A DNA stretch of 64,000 bases from positions 928,001-992,000 of the forward strand of contig CAVTBU010000005.1 in the NCBI GenBank assembly GCA_963733035.1, written 5' to 3'. The notes under the pieces are model-generated. The model did no database searches. It was not told the DNA's origin and worked only from the letters and a program-made list of their open reading frames with translations. Shown piece by piece: positions 41,911 through 52,557 of the stretch. Position 1 is the first letter of the stretch. The number at the start of each line of letters is the position of its first letter. The position numbers were made by a program, and so were the translations under genes. Source of the DNA: Pirellulales bacterium (GTDB taxonomy: Bacteria > Planctomycetota > Planctomycetia > Pirellulales > PALSA-1355).

Positions 41911-42141
41911 ATGTTCCGCGCTTTCTTTTTGGCCCTGGGGCTGTCGACCTTCATCCTGGGGCTCGAATGCCTGGTGATCGACAAGGCGGTGCTCGCACCG
42001 CGAAGCGGCAGCGCGGCCGAGCAGATTGCCGTTACCTATCGCGAGGTCAGGCCGCCCGAATGGGCGCCTTGGAGCCTCCTCTCGGCAGGGGCTGTGGTAA
42101 TGCTCTATTCGTTCACACTACCCGCCAAGATGCGGGGCTAG
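41911..42141 (+). CDS. Small two-TM membrane protein
   Basis: MFRAFFLALG..PPEWAPWSLLSAGAVVMLYS; GGGGAG RBS. Confidence 0.75.
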   Translation: MFRAFFLALGLSTFILGLECLVIDKAVLAPRSGSAAEQIAVTYREVRPPEWAPWSLLSAGAVVMLYSFTLPAKMRG

Positions 42142-42155
42142 CTGCGTCAGCGGAC

Positions 42156-43244
42156 CTAACGCACCGGCAGACCATTCTTATGTGGCACTTCGGAGAGAAC
42201 TTTTCCGTCCCGATCCCAGTCGGTCCAGGTGCCCACGCGCTCGCCGTGATCGTAGCTTTTCAGTGAGGCAGGCTTACCGTCATCGTAGAAATATTTGGTG
42301 TCGCCGTCAGGCTTGCCGTCTACGTATTGACCTGTGCCTCGCAATTTCCCGTTTTCGTGCCACTCACTCCAAGTCCCTTCGCGTTCGCCTTCGACCAGCG
42401 GTAACTCGAGTCGCTTCTGACCGTTGGCATGCCAGTAAACTTGCGTACCGTCATTTAGTCCTCCTCGGAAATTCAGGTCGGCCGCCTTGGCACCGTCTTC
42501 AAACCACTCGTGCCAAATCCCATCCTGCAGTCCCCGGACGAATTGCCCGTCCATCTCCTTATTGCCGTTTGGAAACCAACTAGTTGCCTTTCCGTCGCGG
42601 ATCCCATTGCGATACTCGATCGTCGTTTTGGGTTTGCCGTCAGCGTACCATTCGCTGAAAGTCCCTTCCTTGCGACCCTGGACGTAGTTGACCTCCCGCC
42701 GCTTCTGGTCGTTCTCGTACCAGTGCGTATCCAAGCCGTGCTTTTGGCCATGATCGTAGTGCGTCACGAAACGCGGCTTGCCGCTGGGATACCATGCGCT
42801 GTCAGCGCCGTGTTTGAAACCATTTTCGTAGTCAACTTCGTATCGTTTCCGTTCCGGGCCATACCACTCGATTTGCTTGCCATGATGATGACCATCCTGG
42901 TAGTTGCTTTCCATGAAGAGACTGCCGTTGGCCAAATACCGCCGTTCGACGCCCTCCTTACGGCCTGAGGCGTACATCCCCTCCGCACTCTTCGTTCCGG
43001 AGCGAAACCACTCGGTCCACGGCCCCTCCTTGACTCCCTGTGCAAACGTTTCTTCGCGCTTGGGCTTGCCATCGAGATAATAGAGCGTCCGTTTTCCGTG
43101 CGGCGTTGTCACACCGCGCTCGTCGACCAGCACCTCCGTTCGCAGGTGGATCGTGCCGTTCGAGAGTTTCTTCTCGATGACGTCCGTCTTGATCGGGCCG
43201 GCGGACAGTACAACGACGAGACCGGCCAAATACCATGCGGTCAT
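42156..43244 (-). CDS. Secreted MORN-variant repeat protein (YwqK-like)
   Basis: About 13 repeats of ~24 aa, WY.NG.K....Y..G..(H/D/E)G; signal peptide. Confidence 0.88.
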   Translation of the reverse strand: MTAWYLAGLVVVLSAGPIKTDVIEKKLSNGTIHLRTEVLVDERGVTTPHGKRTLYYLDGKPKREETFAQGVKEGPWTEWFRSGTKSAEGMYASGRKEGVERRYLANGSLFMESNYQDGHHHGKQIEWYGPERKRYEVDYENGFKHGADSAWYPSGKPRFVTHYDHGQKHGLDTHWYENDQKRREVNYVQGRKEGTFSEWYADGKPKTTIEYRNGIRDGKATSWFPNGNKEMDGQFVRGLQDGIWHEWFEDGAKAADLNFRGGLNDGTQVYWHANGQKRLELPLVEGEREGTWSEWHENGKLRGTGQYVDGKPDGDTKYFYDDGKPASLKSYDHGERVGTWTDWDRDGKVLSEVPHKNGLPVR

Positions 43245-43369
43245 GGGAATTTCTGCGAGATCCACGGGGAGCAAGTCGCCACTAACTTCCAGTGTACCTT
43301 ACGCGTTCGCGGGGGAAAAATTGGCGGTAAGGCACAACCGAGAACGCACCCCCAGACTCTGGCGAGTAG

Positions 43370-45088
43370 CTACTGCTTGCCTTCGCGCAGCGAGTCAAAA
43401 TACTTTTGGGCGTGGTCGCGATAGTCGCGTGGCAAGCGTTGTTCGGAAAGCGCATCCGCCGAGCTCTGTTCGGCCGTAGCAAATTCGGTTTGGATTTCCT
43501 GGCGCACGCTCCCCTTGCGGTTCGGACCGACCGCTTCGCCGACAACTTTTGCTGCCCCGCGGCCAGGTTGCTGCCGGACCGCAGAATCATAGAACTTCCC
43601 GTCCGGATTCGTCTCGTCGCCGAGTCCGGGTCCCAAACCAACACCGATGCCCTTGCCGCCGCCGCGCTGTGCAAACGGCGAGAGCTCACCGTACGTCTTT
43701 TTCCACTGGTCGCCCTGGCATTGATCGCAGCCTCCGCCGTCGCAGTTCTGGCAAGCCATCATTTGCTTACAGTCTGCCACCCCCTCAAGTGCCGCGTCGA
43801 TCGCATCCATCTCCTGCAAGTTTTCCTGCATGCCGGCCACTTGCTCGCCGAGTTGCTCAAGTGCTTCGGCTGCCTGTTCGCAGTTTCCCTCGCCGAGACA
43901 CTCAGCGGCCTGCTTGAGTTGTGCGGCCATGGCTCCCATCTTGTCGGTCTGTGGCTGCTGGGCGGCCAGCTTGTCGAGTTGTTCCTGCAGTTTGTCGGCC
44001 GCCTCTCGGTTGCCATCGCGGCGGGCCGCCTGCATTTGCTCCTTGAGCTGCTCGGTGAGCTTCTTGTGTGCTTCAGACTTCTTTGCCAACTGCTGTTCGA
44101 GCTGTTCGAGCTGCTCGGCGAGCGCCTTTTGTCCCTCCGGATCTAGCTTCCCAGCGGCCATTTGCTGCTTCAGCTTGTCGAGCTCTTTCAGGGCCTTGTC
44201 CAACTCGCCGTTTTTGAGAGCTTGCCCTAACGCCTCGGCCGGCCCCTGCTGCAGGTTCTTGAGGTTTGCCAACTGCTTTTTGAGGTCGGCCGAGCCGGCC
44301 AACTCCTCACGGCGGGCCTGCGCGTCCTTGACCAAATCATTCAGCTCCAGCAGGGTCTGCTTGCGATCGTTTTCCTTGGTCTCCGAGAGCTTCCTCACGC
44401 CGTCCTCGAGCTTGGCGATGGCCTCGGCTTCGGGCAGTCCTTTTTCCAAGGCGTCCTTCTTTTGAGCTTCCAGACGCTTCACAAGGGCTTTCGTGGCCTG
44501 TTTGACCGGTGTCGCTTGGCGAGCCGCGGCCTTGGCCGGCGCTGGCGGCACACGAACGGGCACAAGCGCCACCAATGCAAACACTGCGACTGCCGGCACG
44601 ACCGGCAATAAAGCCCGTCGGTCGAGCCGCAGGCGAAAGCACTCGGCAACGTCGAGCCCCCGCACTCGCTGTTCGGCGTCTCGTGCTAGAGCGCGTCCGA
44701 CGTCGGTCTCGCGGGCGGCATTGTCAAGCGCCAGGGTGCTGGAAACCCTCTCCTTGAGGCCAAACCGGCGATCGAATTCGAGGGCTGCCGCCAAGGTCGT
44801 CTGGCGGCGAACGGCCGTCCACGTCGCTGCTGCCACCAGCCCCCCAGCGAGCGCGACGACAAGCCACGTTGCGGCCCATAGCTCCTGCGACGTTGGGGGA
44901 ACCCAGTACTTTCCGACTCCGATGGCCACGGCAGCGATCAGCAGGCCCGTGAACCAGCACCAGGCCAACTTGACGCCCAGCGATTGCAGCATCAGCCGTC
45001 GGCTCGCCCGCCGAACTTGTTTTTCGAGCGTTTCCACCACAGTGCCCTCCGGGAACCTCTCCAAGTCGCGTGGCCGCACGTCCCGCAT
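43370..45088 (-). CDS. Membrane-anchored coiled-coil protein with Cys knuckle and DUF4175-like C-terminus
   Basis: 3 TMs, DRRFGLKERVSSTL, long Q/E/K coiled coil, CQNCDGGGCDQCQG, Gly-rich segment, LPRDYRDHAQKYF. Confidence 0.8.
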   Translation of the reverse strand: MRDVRPRDLERFPEGTVVETLEKQVRRASRRLMLQSLGVKLAWCWFTGLLIAAVAIGVGKYWVPPTSQELWAATWLVVALAGGLVAAATWTAVRRQTTLAAALEFDRRFGLKERVSSTLALDNAARETDVGRALARDAEQRVRGLDVAECFRLRLDRRALLPVVPAVAVFALVALVPVRVPPAPAKAAARQATPVKQATKALVKRLEAQKKDALEKGLPEAEAIAKLEDGVRKLSETKENDRKQTLLELNDLVKDAQARREELAGSADLKKQLANLKNLQQGPAEALGQALKNGELDKALKELDKLKQQMAAGKLDPEGQKALAEQLEQLEQQLAKKSEAHKKLTEQLKEQMQAARRDGNREAADKLQEQLDKLAAQQPQTDKMGAMAAQLKQAAECLGEGNCEQAAEALEQLGEQVAGMQENLQEMDAIDAALEGVADCKQMMACQNCDGGGCDQCQGDQWKKTYGELSPFAQRGGGKGIGVGLGPGLGDETNPDGKFYDSAVRQQPGRGAAKVVGEAVGPNRKGSVRQEIQTEFATAEQSSADALSEQRLPRDYRDHAQKYFDSLREGKQ

Positions 45089-45374
45089 TATACCCGTCCG
45101 GCGAATATAAAAGCCACGCTGGGGCGTGGACCTGGCTCAAACACGGCACGCCCCGCTGACTTTGCACTTGCCGCCAAACGCAAAATGTCATCGCCGGCCG
45201 GCTTGCCGGCCTGAGATAAAGCCGTTTGGCGAAACTGCGTCAAACGCAAAACGCACAAATCGCTCTGGAAATCGTGGCAATTCCTGACACAATGAACACT
45301 GGACGGCCGCTCGCCGGGCGACTCGGTCGGGCGCGGCAAAGGGGCATCACTTCTCGCACGTGAGGATTTCTGGC

Positions 45375-46490
45375 ATGTACCGGCATTTCTCGGCTCTCAC
45401 TTCGCGCCCGGCACCGGCAACTCGCAACCGCGGCGCATTCACGCTCGTCGAATTGCTGGTCGTGATCACCATCATTGCGTTGTTGGTCGGCCTGCTCATT
45501 CCAGCCATTCAGGCCGCCCGCGGTGCCGCCCGCAAAACACAATGCATCAACAACCAGAAGAACCTCGCCACGGCGGTCATCAACTACGCCACCACGAAGG
45601 AGAAGTTTCCGCCGCTCTTTAGTTGGCAGCCGGGAACCTCTGGGATTAATACTCGTGCTGTCGGATGGGTCCCGCCAATTTTGCCGAATATCGAGCAAAA
45701 TGAACTTTATCGAGTCTTTCAAAATAACTTGTGGTACACAATTCCAAATGCTGAGGTTGAAACGTTGGTCTGTCCGTCGAGAGACCCAAGCAGCTCTCCG
45801 GCTCCCCTAAGTTATGTCGTCAACGCAGGGGTGCAGGATGCCGTACTGAGCGGCAAGCAGATGGATTTCCAAGAAAATGGAGTGTTCTTTGATGAATTCA
45901 CTCCAAGCCCCAAGAGCGTGGTCGCCATGCCTCCGGCGAAAACTCCACCCATTGATCTGGCCTATTTGAGTTCACATGATGGTACGAAGAACACAATCAT
46001 GTTGAGTGAAAACTGCCTAAATACGCTGGACTGGATTGCTCCTCTTGGAACGCCATCTACGACCCCGCCACCGAAATATCCTTCGTTGGGGATGTCATAT
46101 TGGAATGCGATTACCTGGGAACAGCCGAACGGCGCTGGCGGAAGCGTTCAACCCAACTGGGGCACTGACGGAATCGCCCCAACCGGCACCCGCTTAAACC
46201 AACCAAACGCGGGCTCGATGTACGACTATGAGCAGGGGCGTCCATTTAGCTACCACTCCGGCGGATTTATCGTCGCGTACTGCGACGGCCATTGCGCCTT
46301 CATGAGCCAAGATATTGAGTACCGTGTTTACTGCTTACTGATGTCGCCCGATAGCAATAATGCCAAATACACGTTCACTTCAGGTTCATCGAATCCCACT
46401 GGTAACGGCAATCCCATGGTATTTCCAGCTCAATGGCGGCAAGGCGGCGTTGGCCCCCTTCGCCCAATAACAGACGCTGACTTGAAATAA
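45375..46490 (+). CDS. DUF1559 prepilin-type protein with H-X9-DG motif
   Basis: GAFTLVELLVVITIIALLVGLLIPAIQAAR..QCINN; HSGGFIVAYCDG. Confidence 0.95.
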   Translation: MYRHFSALTSRPAPATRNRGAFTLVELLVVITIIALLVGLLIPAIQAARGAARKTQCINNQKNLATAVINYATTKEKFPPLFSWQPGTSGINTRAVGWVPPILPNIEQNELYRVFQNNLWYTIPNAEVETLVCPSRDPSSSPAPLSYVVNAGVQDAVLSGKQMDFQENGVFFDEFTPSPKSVVAMPPAKTPPIDLAYLSSHDGTKNTIMLSENCLNTLDWIAPLGTPSTTPPPKYPSLGMSYWNAITWEQPNGAGGSVQPNWGTDGIAPTGTRLNQPNAGSMYDYEQGRPFSYHSGGFIVAYCDGHCAFMSQDIEYRVYCLLMSPDSNNAKYTFTSGSSNPTGNGNPMVFPAQWRQGGVGPLRPITDADLK

Positions 46491-46586
46491 TACCAAGATT
46501 CAAAGAAGTCGAAACTAGTACAGCGCCGGTCGCCTTCCGGTGACCAGCCCTGTTTGCTTAGCTTCTGGGTTCGCGCTCTCAGGTAG

Positions 46587-47333
46587 TTACGCAGCCGGCT
46601 TCGCGGCGGCAGCCGGTTTGACTGGTGTTTCGACAAACTCTTCACCCTCTCGGGCTCGCCTGGCCTTTTCGAAGCCTGGCTTCAGCGCCGCGGTGGCCAC
46701 GGGCATGAATTCCCGGATAAACGCCGTGCAGAAGTCCTCGTCCGTTCTTCCACCACCCGACGTCGGAACGTTGCCGAACACGTACATCTTGTAGAGAGCT
46801 CGTTCACCCGAAAACGTCAGGCGTTCGTCTTTCGGAGCCAGCCAACGTCCGTCCGCGGTCCAGGTCCAGTAGCCGCGTTCGTCGTGCGTGCCGGTCGCGG
46901 GATCGGTTTTGCGGAACGTGGTAGTGAAGAACTCCGCGCCGTCGATCACCCGCTGCTGCGGAGGATTCAGCATTTCAAAACCGGCCGCCGGGTAGCATTT
47001 ATCCGGGGAGTGATAAAAAATGTCGCGGAATCGGGCGCACATCAGCATGACCCGCACTTCCTCGCCCGACGCATTGCGATAGACGCGATTGAATTCGCCC
47101 TGGGCGCCGGAAATTTCCTTCACGCGTTCATCACTCTCGCCGATATCCTCGCCTTCCCACTCACCAACCTTCAACGGCACTTCGTGAAGCTGCTCGGCAA
47201 AGATCGCCAACTCAGGGAATTCGCCCCAGCGTTCCGACCAGATGCCCTGGTAGTAGCACGAGACGCCCATCAGCAGCACGGCCGCTCCAATTGGCAACAG
47301 CGTCGAGGGCTTGAGAAAGTTCGATTTGTTCAT
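46587..47333 (-). CDS. epsI: Exosortase-associated EpsI-family protein
   Basis: TM then VPLKVGEWEG, RVYRN, HSPDKCYPAAG; same operon as the exosortase. Confidence 0.85.
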   Translation of the reverse strand: MNKSNFLKPSTLLPIGAAVLLMGVSCYYQGIWSERWGEFPELAIFAEQLHEVPLKVGEWEGEDIGESDERVKEISGAQGEFNRVYRNASGEEVRVMLMCARFRDIFYHSPDKCYPAAGFEMLNPPQQRVIDGAEFFTTTFRKTDPATGTHDERGYWTWTADGRWLAPKDERLTFSGERALYKMYVFGNVPTSGGGRTDEDFCTAFIREFMPVATAALKPGFEKARRAREGEEFVETPVKPAAAAKPAA

Positions 47334-47432
47334 GGAAGACAACCTCAGTTGGCAAACGGACGATTTCGGGCTGGTTGGTTATACGATGCCTGGCCGAGAC
47401 GGTTCGTCGTGACCAGTCTAGAATTCTACATG

Positions 47433-48569
47433 TCAGCCGCAGCGACCCTCAACAGTTTTTGCGGAGCCGGCGATCAGGCCCAGACCGACACAAAACAGCC
47501 CCAGGCCCGCCAGCACGCCGCAGGCTATATTGCGGATGGTCGCGTCGCTATGATCTGCTGACACGGCGTCGTCAAGTTTGATGATCCGGTCGGGCGCCAG
47601 CCGCTCGATGCGAAGTCGATCGACCTCGGCGGCAAGTTGGCTCTTCATGACTGCAGTTGCAGCCAACTCTTCGCGCTTGGCAGTCGCCAGAGCCGAATAG
47701 TTTTCCATTTTGGAAACGATCTTGGTTTGATTCGCGATCTTCTCGTTTGCCTCTGCCAGCCGCTGTTCCAGAAACTCGCGTTTCCTCTCCAGTAGCGGCA
47801 ATGGCAGCGATTCGTTTGACTCCTCAACTCGCCACGAAATCGCGTCGGCAGCTCGTTTTTCCTCAATCAGCGCAGCGCGGGCTTTGTTGAGCACGATCGC
47901 GAGGTCGTTTTCGCGGATCGACTCGGCGATATGTGCGCGGTCCAACATGAGCATGCCAAGCTCATCGGTGGCGAGTTTCTTCATGAGTTGGGCAGTCTCC
48001 GAACCGCTCGTCTTATATTGACGCTCAAGCGATGCCAGATTATCGAGCTCGCGCTGATAGTCGGCAGCCTTGGTTTCGTAGGCTTTCTGCAACTTGGCTT
48101 CGTTCGCCATCCGCAGGCCCTTTTCGTGCTCCACAACCTCCTTGAGGTAAACCTCCACGACCTTGTTGACGATCTTGAGCGAATCCTCCTGCGATTTCGT
48201 TTTGATCGCGACCCGCATCACTTCCGAGTCACCCGGGAAGTTTACGCTCAACCTGCCACTTAGCCAGTCGACGGATTCCGCGGCGTGGTCCTGAACACTG
48301 GGCAGCCGATTGATTGCAGCTTCGCGCAGGACACCATTGAGCACGGGATTGCTCTTCAAGAGTTGCAACTGCGTGGCCTTGAAGAGCGAGAACTCACGCG
48401 CGTCCGACGGCTGCTTGGTGAGTATCGTGGGCGGCACCGATGAGACCTTCAGGAGTGCGAACGCTTCGTACTCCGTTGGCATTGTCAGCCAAATGGCAGC
48501 GGCACCTAGCAGGAGAATTCCCCCCATCGCCAGCATCGACGCGCGCCGTGAACGGGGCATGATCGTCAC
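47433..48569 (-). CDS. Polysaccharide co-polymerase-like protein; kinase-less paralog of the adjacent Wzc
   Basis: TM-coiled coil-TM; long peptides identical to the adjacent Wzc (YETKAADYQRELDNLASLERQYKTSGSETAQ); ends after TM2. Confidence 0.85.
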   Translation of the reverse strand: MTIMPRSRRASMLAMGGILLLGAAAIWLTMPTEYEAFALLKVSSVPPTILTKQPSDAREFSLFKATQLQLLKSNPVLNGVLREAAINRLPSVQDHAAESVDWLSGRLSVNFPGDSEVMRVAIKTKSQEDSLKIVNKVVEVYLKEVVEHEKGLRMANEAKLQKAYETKAADYQRELDNLASLERQYKTSGSETAQLMKKLATDELGMLMLDRAHIAESIRENDLAIVLNKARAALIEEKRAADAISWRVEESNESLPLPLLERKREFLEQRLAEANEKIANQTKIVSKMENYSALATAKREELAATAVMKSQLAAEVDRLRIERLAPDRIIKLDDAVSADHSDATIRNIACGVLAGLGLFCVGLGLIAGSAKTVEGRCG

Positions 48570-48582
48570 TCGCTATTGTGTA

Positions 48583-50935
48583 CTAACCGGTGGATGCTGT
48601 CTCGGCCGTTTCGCCGCGCGGCGTTTCGGCCATCAATAGTTCCATGCCGTGCCGCGCGACGTCGTCTTTCACGCCGTTGACGACCGAACCCAACACGGTG
48701 ATGCCGACCGATCGTAATCGCTCGACCGCCTCATAAACGCTGGGTACCTTGCTGGTATCCTTTAGCACCGAGAGAACCGCGGCATCCACGTGCTGTCCAA
48801 CCAGAAGTGGATCGGCCACTTTGAGTACCGGGCCCGCGTCGATGATTACGTAGTCGAATTGCACCGACAGCGCCGCAATTGTCGAACCCAGGTACGAACC
48901 CGACAACGCTTGTACGCTGCGCAAATCACATCGCCCGGCGGGCATCAGCCACAAGTTGGCCGTGCGGGTGGGGTGAATCACATCGTCACGATCGGCCTCA
49001 TTGCGCAACAATTCGCAGAGCCCCGGATCTTGCGGAATTTCAAACACGCGGTGAGCACCTGGATTGCGGATATCCGCATCGATAAGCAGGGTGCGGCGGC
49101 CGCTACGCGCGAGACTGGCAGCCAACTGCGTACTGGTCGTGGTCTTGCCTTCGCGCGGTTCGGCACTGGTCACCATTACAACCCGCGGCGGATCGATCGC
49201 CGTGGTATGAATCAGTGCCGTGCGGGTTCCGTCAATGCGTTCGGCCATCAGCGCCTTGAGCACGTTTTGCCCCTTGCCACCCCGCACGCGCCGGAAGGCC
49301 CTGCCACCGATGTTTGGCAGTTCGCCGACCACTCGGATGCCCAATCCATCGTTGACTTCCTTTACGGAGTTGACCTTCCGCGACTGGAATTCCATGATGG
49401 CCACACTCAGGACGACGCCGCAGAACGTAAACAGAAACGAAAAGACAACTGCGATGTACTTACGAATCGCGTCACCGCTTCCTTCGAGGACGGCATCATC
49501 GAGTTTGATGATTCGGTCGGGCGCCAGCCGCTCGATGCGAATTCGGTCGACCTCCGCGGCAAGCTGGCTCTTCATGAGTGCAGCCGAATCCAACTCGTCA
49601 CGCTTGGCAGCCACGAGAGCCGAAAAGTTCTCCATTTTTGAAACGACGTCGGTTTGATTCGCGATTTTCTCGTCTACCACTTTCAGCCTTTGATCGAGCA
49701 ATTCTTTTTGCTTCTGCAGCTGTTCGGGCGTCCAGGGTAATTGCGAATGGGCCTGACCGGTGCCTTGCTGAAAGAGCTCGACAAGGTGGGGCCGTCGTTC
49801 GGCTCTCGCTTCGTTAATCGTTTCTTCGAGCCGAAGGATTTCCCGCTGCAGTTCCGCGACATAGGGCGTTGGTTCCGCGTTGGCGGCAACGCCCTTGACC
49901 CGCCCCAAGTGGTTTTGATATTCGACTAGCTGTTGCTTCATCTGCACGATCGTTGGATCTTTTTCCAGCTCGTTGTCGATCAGCACATCCGGCGTCGTCA
50001 TTTGACTATTCTGCATGTGGGTTTCCAGCAGCGCGATGTCCATGTTGTTTTGCTGCAATTGATCGACGATCCTGTTCTTATCCGCCCGAAGCATATTCAG
50101 CTCTTCGATGGCCATCCTCTTCATGATTTGAGCGGTCTCTGAACCGCTCGTCTTATATTGACGCTCCAGTGATGCCAAATTGTCGAGCTCGCGCTGATAG
50201 TCGGCAGCCTTGGTTTCGTAGGCCTGCTGCAGCTTGCCCTCGTTGGCCAGTCGCAGGCTCTTTTCGTGTTCCACAATCTCCTTGAGGTAGACCTCCACGA
50301 CCTTGTTGACGATCTTGAGCGAATCCCCCTGCGATTTCGTCTTGATGGCGATCCGCATTACTTCCGTGTCACCAGGGAAACTCGATCATCAACTCCCCTT
50401 TGAGCCAATCGACTTGATCGTCGGCATGCTCCTGGACGCTGGGCAGGCGATTGATGGCGGCTTCGCGCAAAACTCCGTTGATCACCGGATTGCTCAAGAT
50501 CAATTGTTCCTGCGTCGCCTTGAAGAGTTCGAACTCTTCCGGGCCGGTATGTTCCTTCTCGAGAACGGCCGGCGGCCTGGCGGAGACTTTGAGCAAGGCA
50601 AAGGCCTCGTACTTGACTGGCACGAGCAACCACAGCAGTGCGGCGACGATGCTGGCACACGCGATCCCCGCCCCCACCGCCAGTGGCCAACGACGACGGA
50701 CGGCATGCAACAATTCGACCGGATTCGGCTTGGACGAAAGAATCTCTGGTCGCGGTGGGGGTCCATACGACCAATTCAACGTGGAGACGCTTGGCAACTG
50801 GCTTCCAATTTTGGCCAGGGTGCCATTGGTAGCCGCCGCGCCGTTCGCGTGTGCACTAGCATCTCCCGGCGTGTGATGTTCGTGGCCATCGTGCTGCGAA
50901 TCGCCGGGGTTAGAAATCGGATCCAGGGGAGCCAT
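48583..50935 (-). CDS. wzc: Wzc-like polysaccharide co-polymerase / BY-kinase; apparent 1-nt insertion at about 50376
   Basis: Walker A SAEPREGKTT, A' LLIDADIR, B VIIDAGP. The joined frame reads IEFPGDTEVMRIAIK, matching paralog VNFPGDSEVMRVAIK. Confidence 0.9.
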
Positions 50936-51198
50936 GAATCTTGTGCCTTCTTTCGATTCCGATCGTATGCAATAACCGAAGCGTCCGGACCAACGAGAGT
51001 ACGCTGTGCGTCGCCGTTCCTCTTGCAACCGGCGGACCAGCCACCGATTGAACTCACATTCTGCTCATAAATGTTAAATAGTCAGGGTCTTACGTCGGAT
51101 CTGCCCGCCGAGGCCAATATCCTCCCGTTTCCGGTTGGCAACACACACGCCCCTCTCGTTGACAAATCACCACATGCGGATTCGTCGGCGCTGGCAAG

Positions 51199-52113
51199 CT
51201 AGGCCACTTGCAACGGACCGGTTGCCGCGTCGTCGATAACCAGGTGGGATAAGATTTGAAACTCGACGTAAAGTAACCCCAACGCGAAGGGCATCATCAA
51301 CCAACCATCCAGGTCGTGAAACACACGGTCAACCCACTCCGCTCCGATTGTGATGTAAAGTAGTGCCGTGACGATAATCCGTACGATGTTTGAAACCAGC
51401 GCAATCGGAATCGAGCTGAGCACGATGACGACGCGTTCCCAAAAGGGACGCTCCGTCACCAAGACGATCGCAAACGACAAGGCAATGAAGATCGTCAACA
51501 TTCGTAATCCGCTGCAAGCCTCGACAACGCCGAGTTGCATCTCGCCGATGTAGATCACATTGCCTTCGGAGTAACTGGGAATCCCCATGGTTTGCAGCAC
51601 ATAGGTGCTCGAACGGGTGGCGATTGCCTGCAAGGGCGCCAATAGCCGAGAGTCCAAAAACCCTGGCAGAGGGAACATGAAAATCAAGAACGCCACGGCC
51701 GGGCCGGCCCAACGCATCATTCGCCAGCCACCCACGAGCAGGAATACACCCGCCACACTCGGTACGAACGAAACCATCTCGGCCACATGGCTCGAGTAGT
51801 AGGTTGCCGCCATCCGCATGGCAACTCCCGCCGAGAGGAGCCCAAAGCCAGCCCAGCGTTCGCCAGGTTTCACCGGCCCGAACGGCTCGTAGCGCATCCA
51901 TAGCAGAATCACCGTAAACACAGGAACCAGCCAGCCGTGTGAATACTTGGGATTATCCCAGAATTGCATCGCACCGCGGCTATCAAGCTCATTGCCGAAC
52001 GCGTAGAGCAACACGATCAGGAGTCCAGCCAGGATTGACCACGGAACGACCTGGTCCGAATTGGCCTTGAGTGTGTCGGCTAGACTTGGGTTACGAGTTG
52101 CTGTATCGGCCAT
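51199..52113 (-). CDS. xrt: Exosortase
   Basis: YSHGWLVP, VVEACSGLR (Cys), NIVRI (Arg), FHD (His); multi-TM. Confidence 0.95.
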   Translation of the reverse strand: MADTATRNPSLADTLKANSDQVVPWSILAGLLIVLLYAFGNELDSRGAMQFWDNPKYSHGWLVPVFTVILLWMRYEPFGPVKPGERWAGFGLLSAGVAMRMAATYYSSHVAEMVSFVPSVAGVFLLVGGWRMMRWAGPAVAFLIFMFPLPGFLDSRLLAPLQAIATRSSTYVLQTMGIPSYSEGNVIYIGEMQLGVVEACSGLRMLTIFIALSFAIVLVTERPFWERVVIVLSSIPIALVSNIVRIIVTALLYITIGAEWVDRVFHDLDGWLMMPFALGLLYVEFQILSHLVIDDAATGPLQVA

Positions 52114-52528
52114 TTTTAGACTTCTCCCAGGACACGTCGTGCCGGTGAATCAACGCTGTAAAGAAATGCCGCCAAACTTGAAAGACTGGACTTCGCGAGA
52201 CGCCTCGGCTCCGCCCCCGGAGCATCCCGGTATCGTCTCCGTCCGCAGCGGTCGTCGCTACCTGCGCGGGTTTGTGCGAGTACTTGCTCACTTGGAGGAC
52301 TGGTCAACCGAGTTGCAAATCAAAGAGGCGCGGATGCTACTCCTGTGAGATTCCTCTTCGGTGTGGTCAATTCAACCCCGAACGGGCACACCGGATTACG
52401 CGCGGCTCACATCGGCCTTCATAGCACTCGCCGCTTATTGACAATTCTCCTGAATTGCCGCCAACGCACTGACTCCAACCCTCGCGGCCAGCTACCAGTC
52501 AAACGGGCCGCGTAAGGTCCAGAATTTC

Positions 52529-52557
52529 ACAATAAGCGTCCTTCCGAACCTTGTCAA
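52529..52557 (-). promoter_or_regulatory. sigma70-type promoter of the xrt-wzc-epsI operon
   Basis: TTGACA-17 nt-TATTGT. Confidence 0.6.

Noticed and set aside
48790..51070. 283-aa and 255-aa plus-strand ORFs
   Set aside because: Antisense to wzc
52091..52291. 66-aa leader ORF overlapping the xrt start
   Set aside because: No RBS and no protein-like features; cannot be supported
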